DNA from: a virus
Lineage: Duplodnaviria > Caudoviricetes
Length of the DNA: 64,000 bases
Virus record (IMG/VR): IMGVR_UViG_3300037067_014608
Direction: 5' to 3' (one strand)
This document shows, in pieces, positions 63,689 to 64,000 of the stretch (positions within the stretch are counted from its first letter, which is position 1; each line of letters starts with the position of its first letter). The notes below the pieces were generated by a model that had not been told where the DNA came from, searched no databases, and saw nothing but the letters and a program-made list of their open reading frames with translations. Both the position numbers and the translations under genes were made by a program.

Positions 63689-64000
63689 TCACGTACCACT
63701 CATTCTCGCTTGAACCATATCTGGTTGGAACCCTGTTGATGTCCCCGTAATATTATACCACATATTATTTGTGAGGTAATCAAACCGATAATACCCTGCA
63801 ATGTTTGTCGTTTTTGATGCGGTATAATTTGTTGACGTGTTAACTATTGTTACCGTTGCATCACCTAATGGTGTGGTATATAATTTGTTGTACACTATCC
63901 CGTTAAGACAGATCCCTAAACATACCGAGTCCGATGGAATCATTGTAATATTATAAGGTATTATTTTAGCGGTCTCCGGAGTGAGGTTTGTATATGACGT
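63689..64000 (-). CDS. Partial gene (5' end beyond window); C-terminal carboxypeptidase-regulatory-like beta domain
   Basis: Frame open to 64000; G.V......PL..ATV......T...GYY.F..L....Y.I.....GF. Confidence 0.65.
   Translation of the reverse strand, partial: TSYTNLTPETAKIIPYNITMIPSDSVCLGICLNGIVYNKLYTTPLGDATVTIVNTSTNYTASKTTNIAGYYRFDYLTNNMWYNITGTSTGFQPDMVQARMSGT

Noticed and set aside
587-63713. All plus-strand ORFs in the track, and short minus-strand ORFs nested in long genes (e.g. 16654-17040, 46251-46613)
   Set aside because: Antisense or alternate-frame shadows of well-supported genes; no RBS and atypical composition
1-64000. Assignment as a Borg
   Set aside because: No perfect tandem-repeat arrays or Borg marker genes visible in this window
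1-64000. tRNA/rRNA genes and Orc1 ORB boxes
   Set aside because: No cloverleaf with T-loop consensus or TTCCAxTGGAA-type box recognised by eye in the intergenic regions

Overview
Archaeal-type, accessory-only DNA. I found no housekeeping, rRNA or tRNA genes, essentially all coding is on the minus strand, and there are BRE/TATA promoters and GGTGA/GGAGG ribosome-binding sites. It is most consistent with a large virus or extrachromosomal element; the PKD repeat style suggests a Methanomicrobiales (Methanoregula-like) host (inference). Layout: (i) 1-500, non-coding with G-runs and three palindromic repeats (possible end, origin or packaging region); (ii) 0.5-12 kb and 15.7-23 kb, about 60 tightly coupled, small, mostly basic genes, including a HiPIP-like Fe-S protein, a Cc1-like chromatin protein, a family of SPOR-like paralogs, an FG/Q-rich disordered protein and four proteins sharing an N-terminal x-[IV]-R-S motif; (iii) 12.4-15.7 kb, a control region with a wHTH (Rep-like?) gene behind a structured leader and a 287-bp non-autonomous IS200/IS605 element retaining a TnpB reRNA-like end; (iv) 23-64 kb, five secreted, sequon-rich PKD-repeat proteins (about 700-6286 aa, with Gly-rich, LamG and cohesin-like domains) plus a membrane-protein cluster. 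Best candidate for a new system: four PKD proteins end at the same residue of a shared, apparently incomplete, unanchored C-terminal domain, while one separately exported membrane protein appears to supply the missing strands (plug-and-socket display). Four of the five PKD genes are headed by a copy of a conserved ~170-bp promoter/5'-UTR cassette containing a covarying RNA hairpin. Family assignments are from motif recognition by eye; no searches were run.
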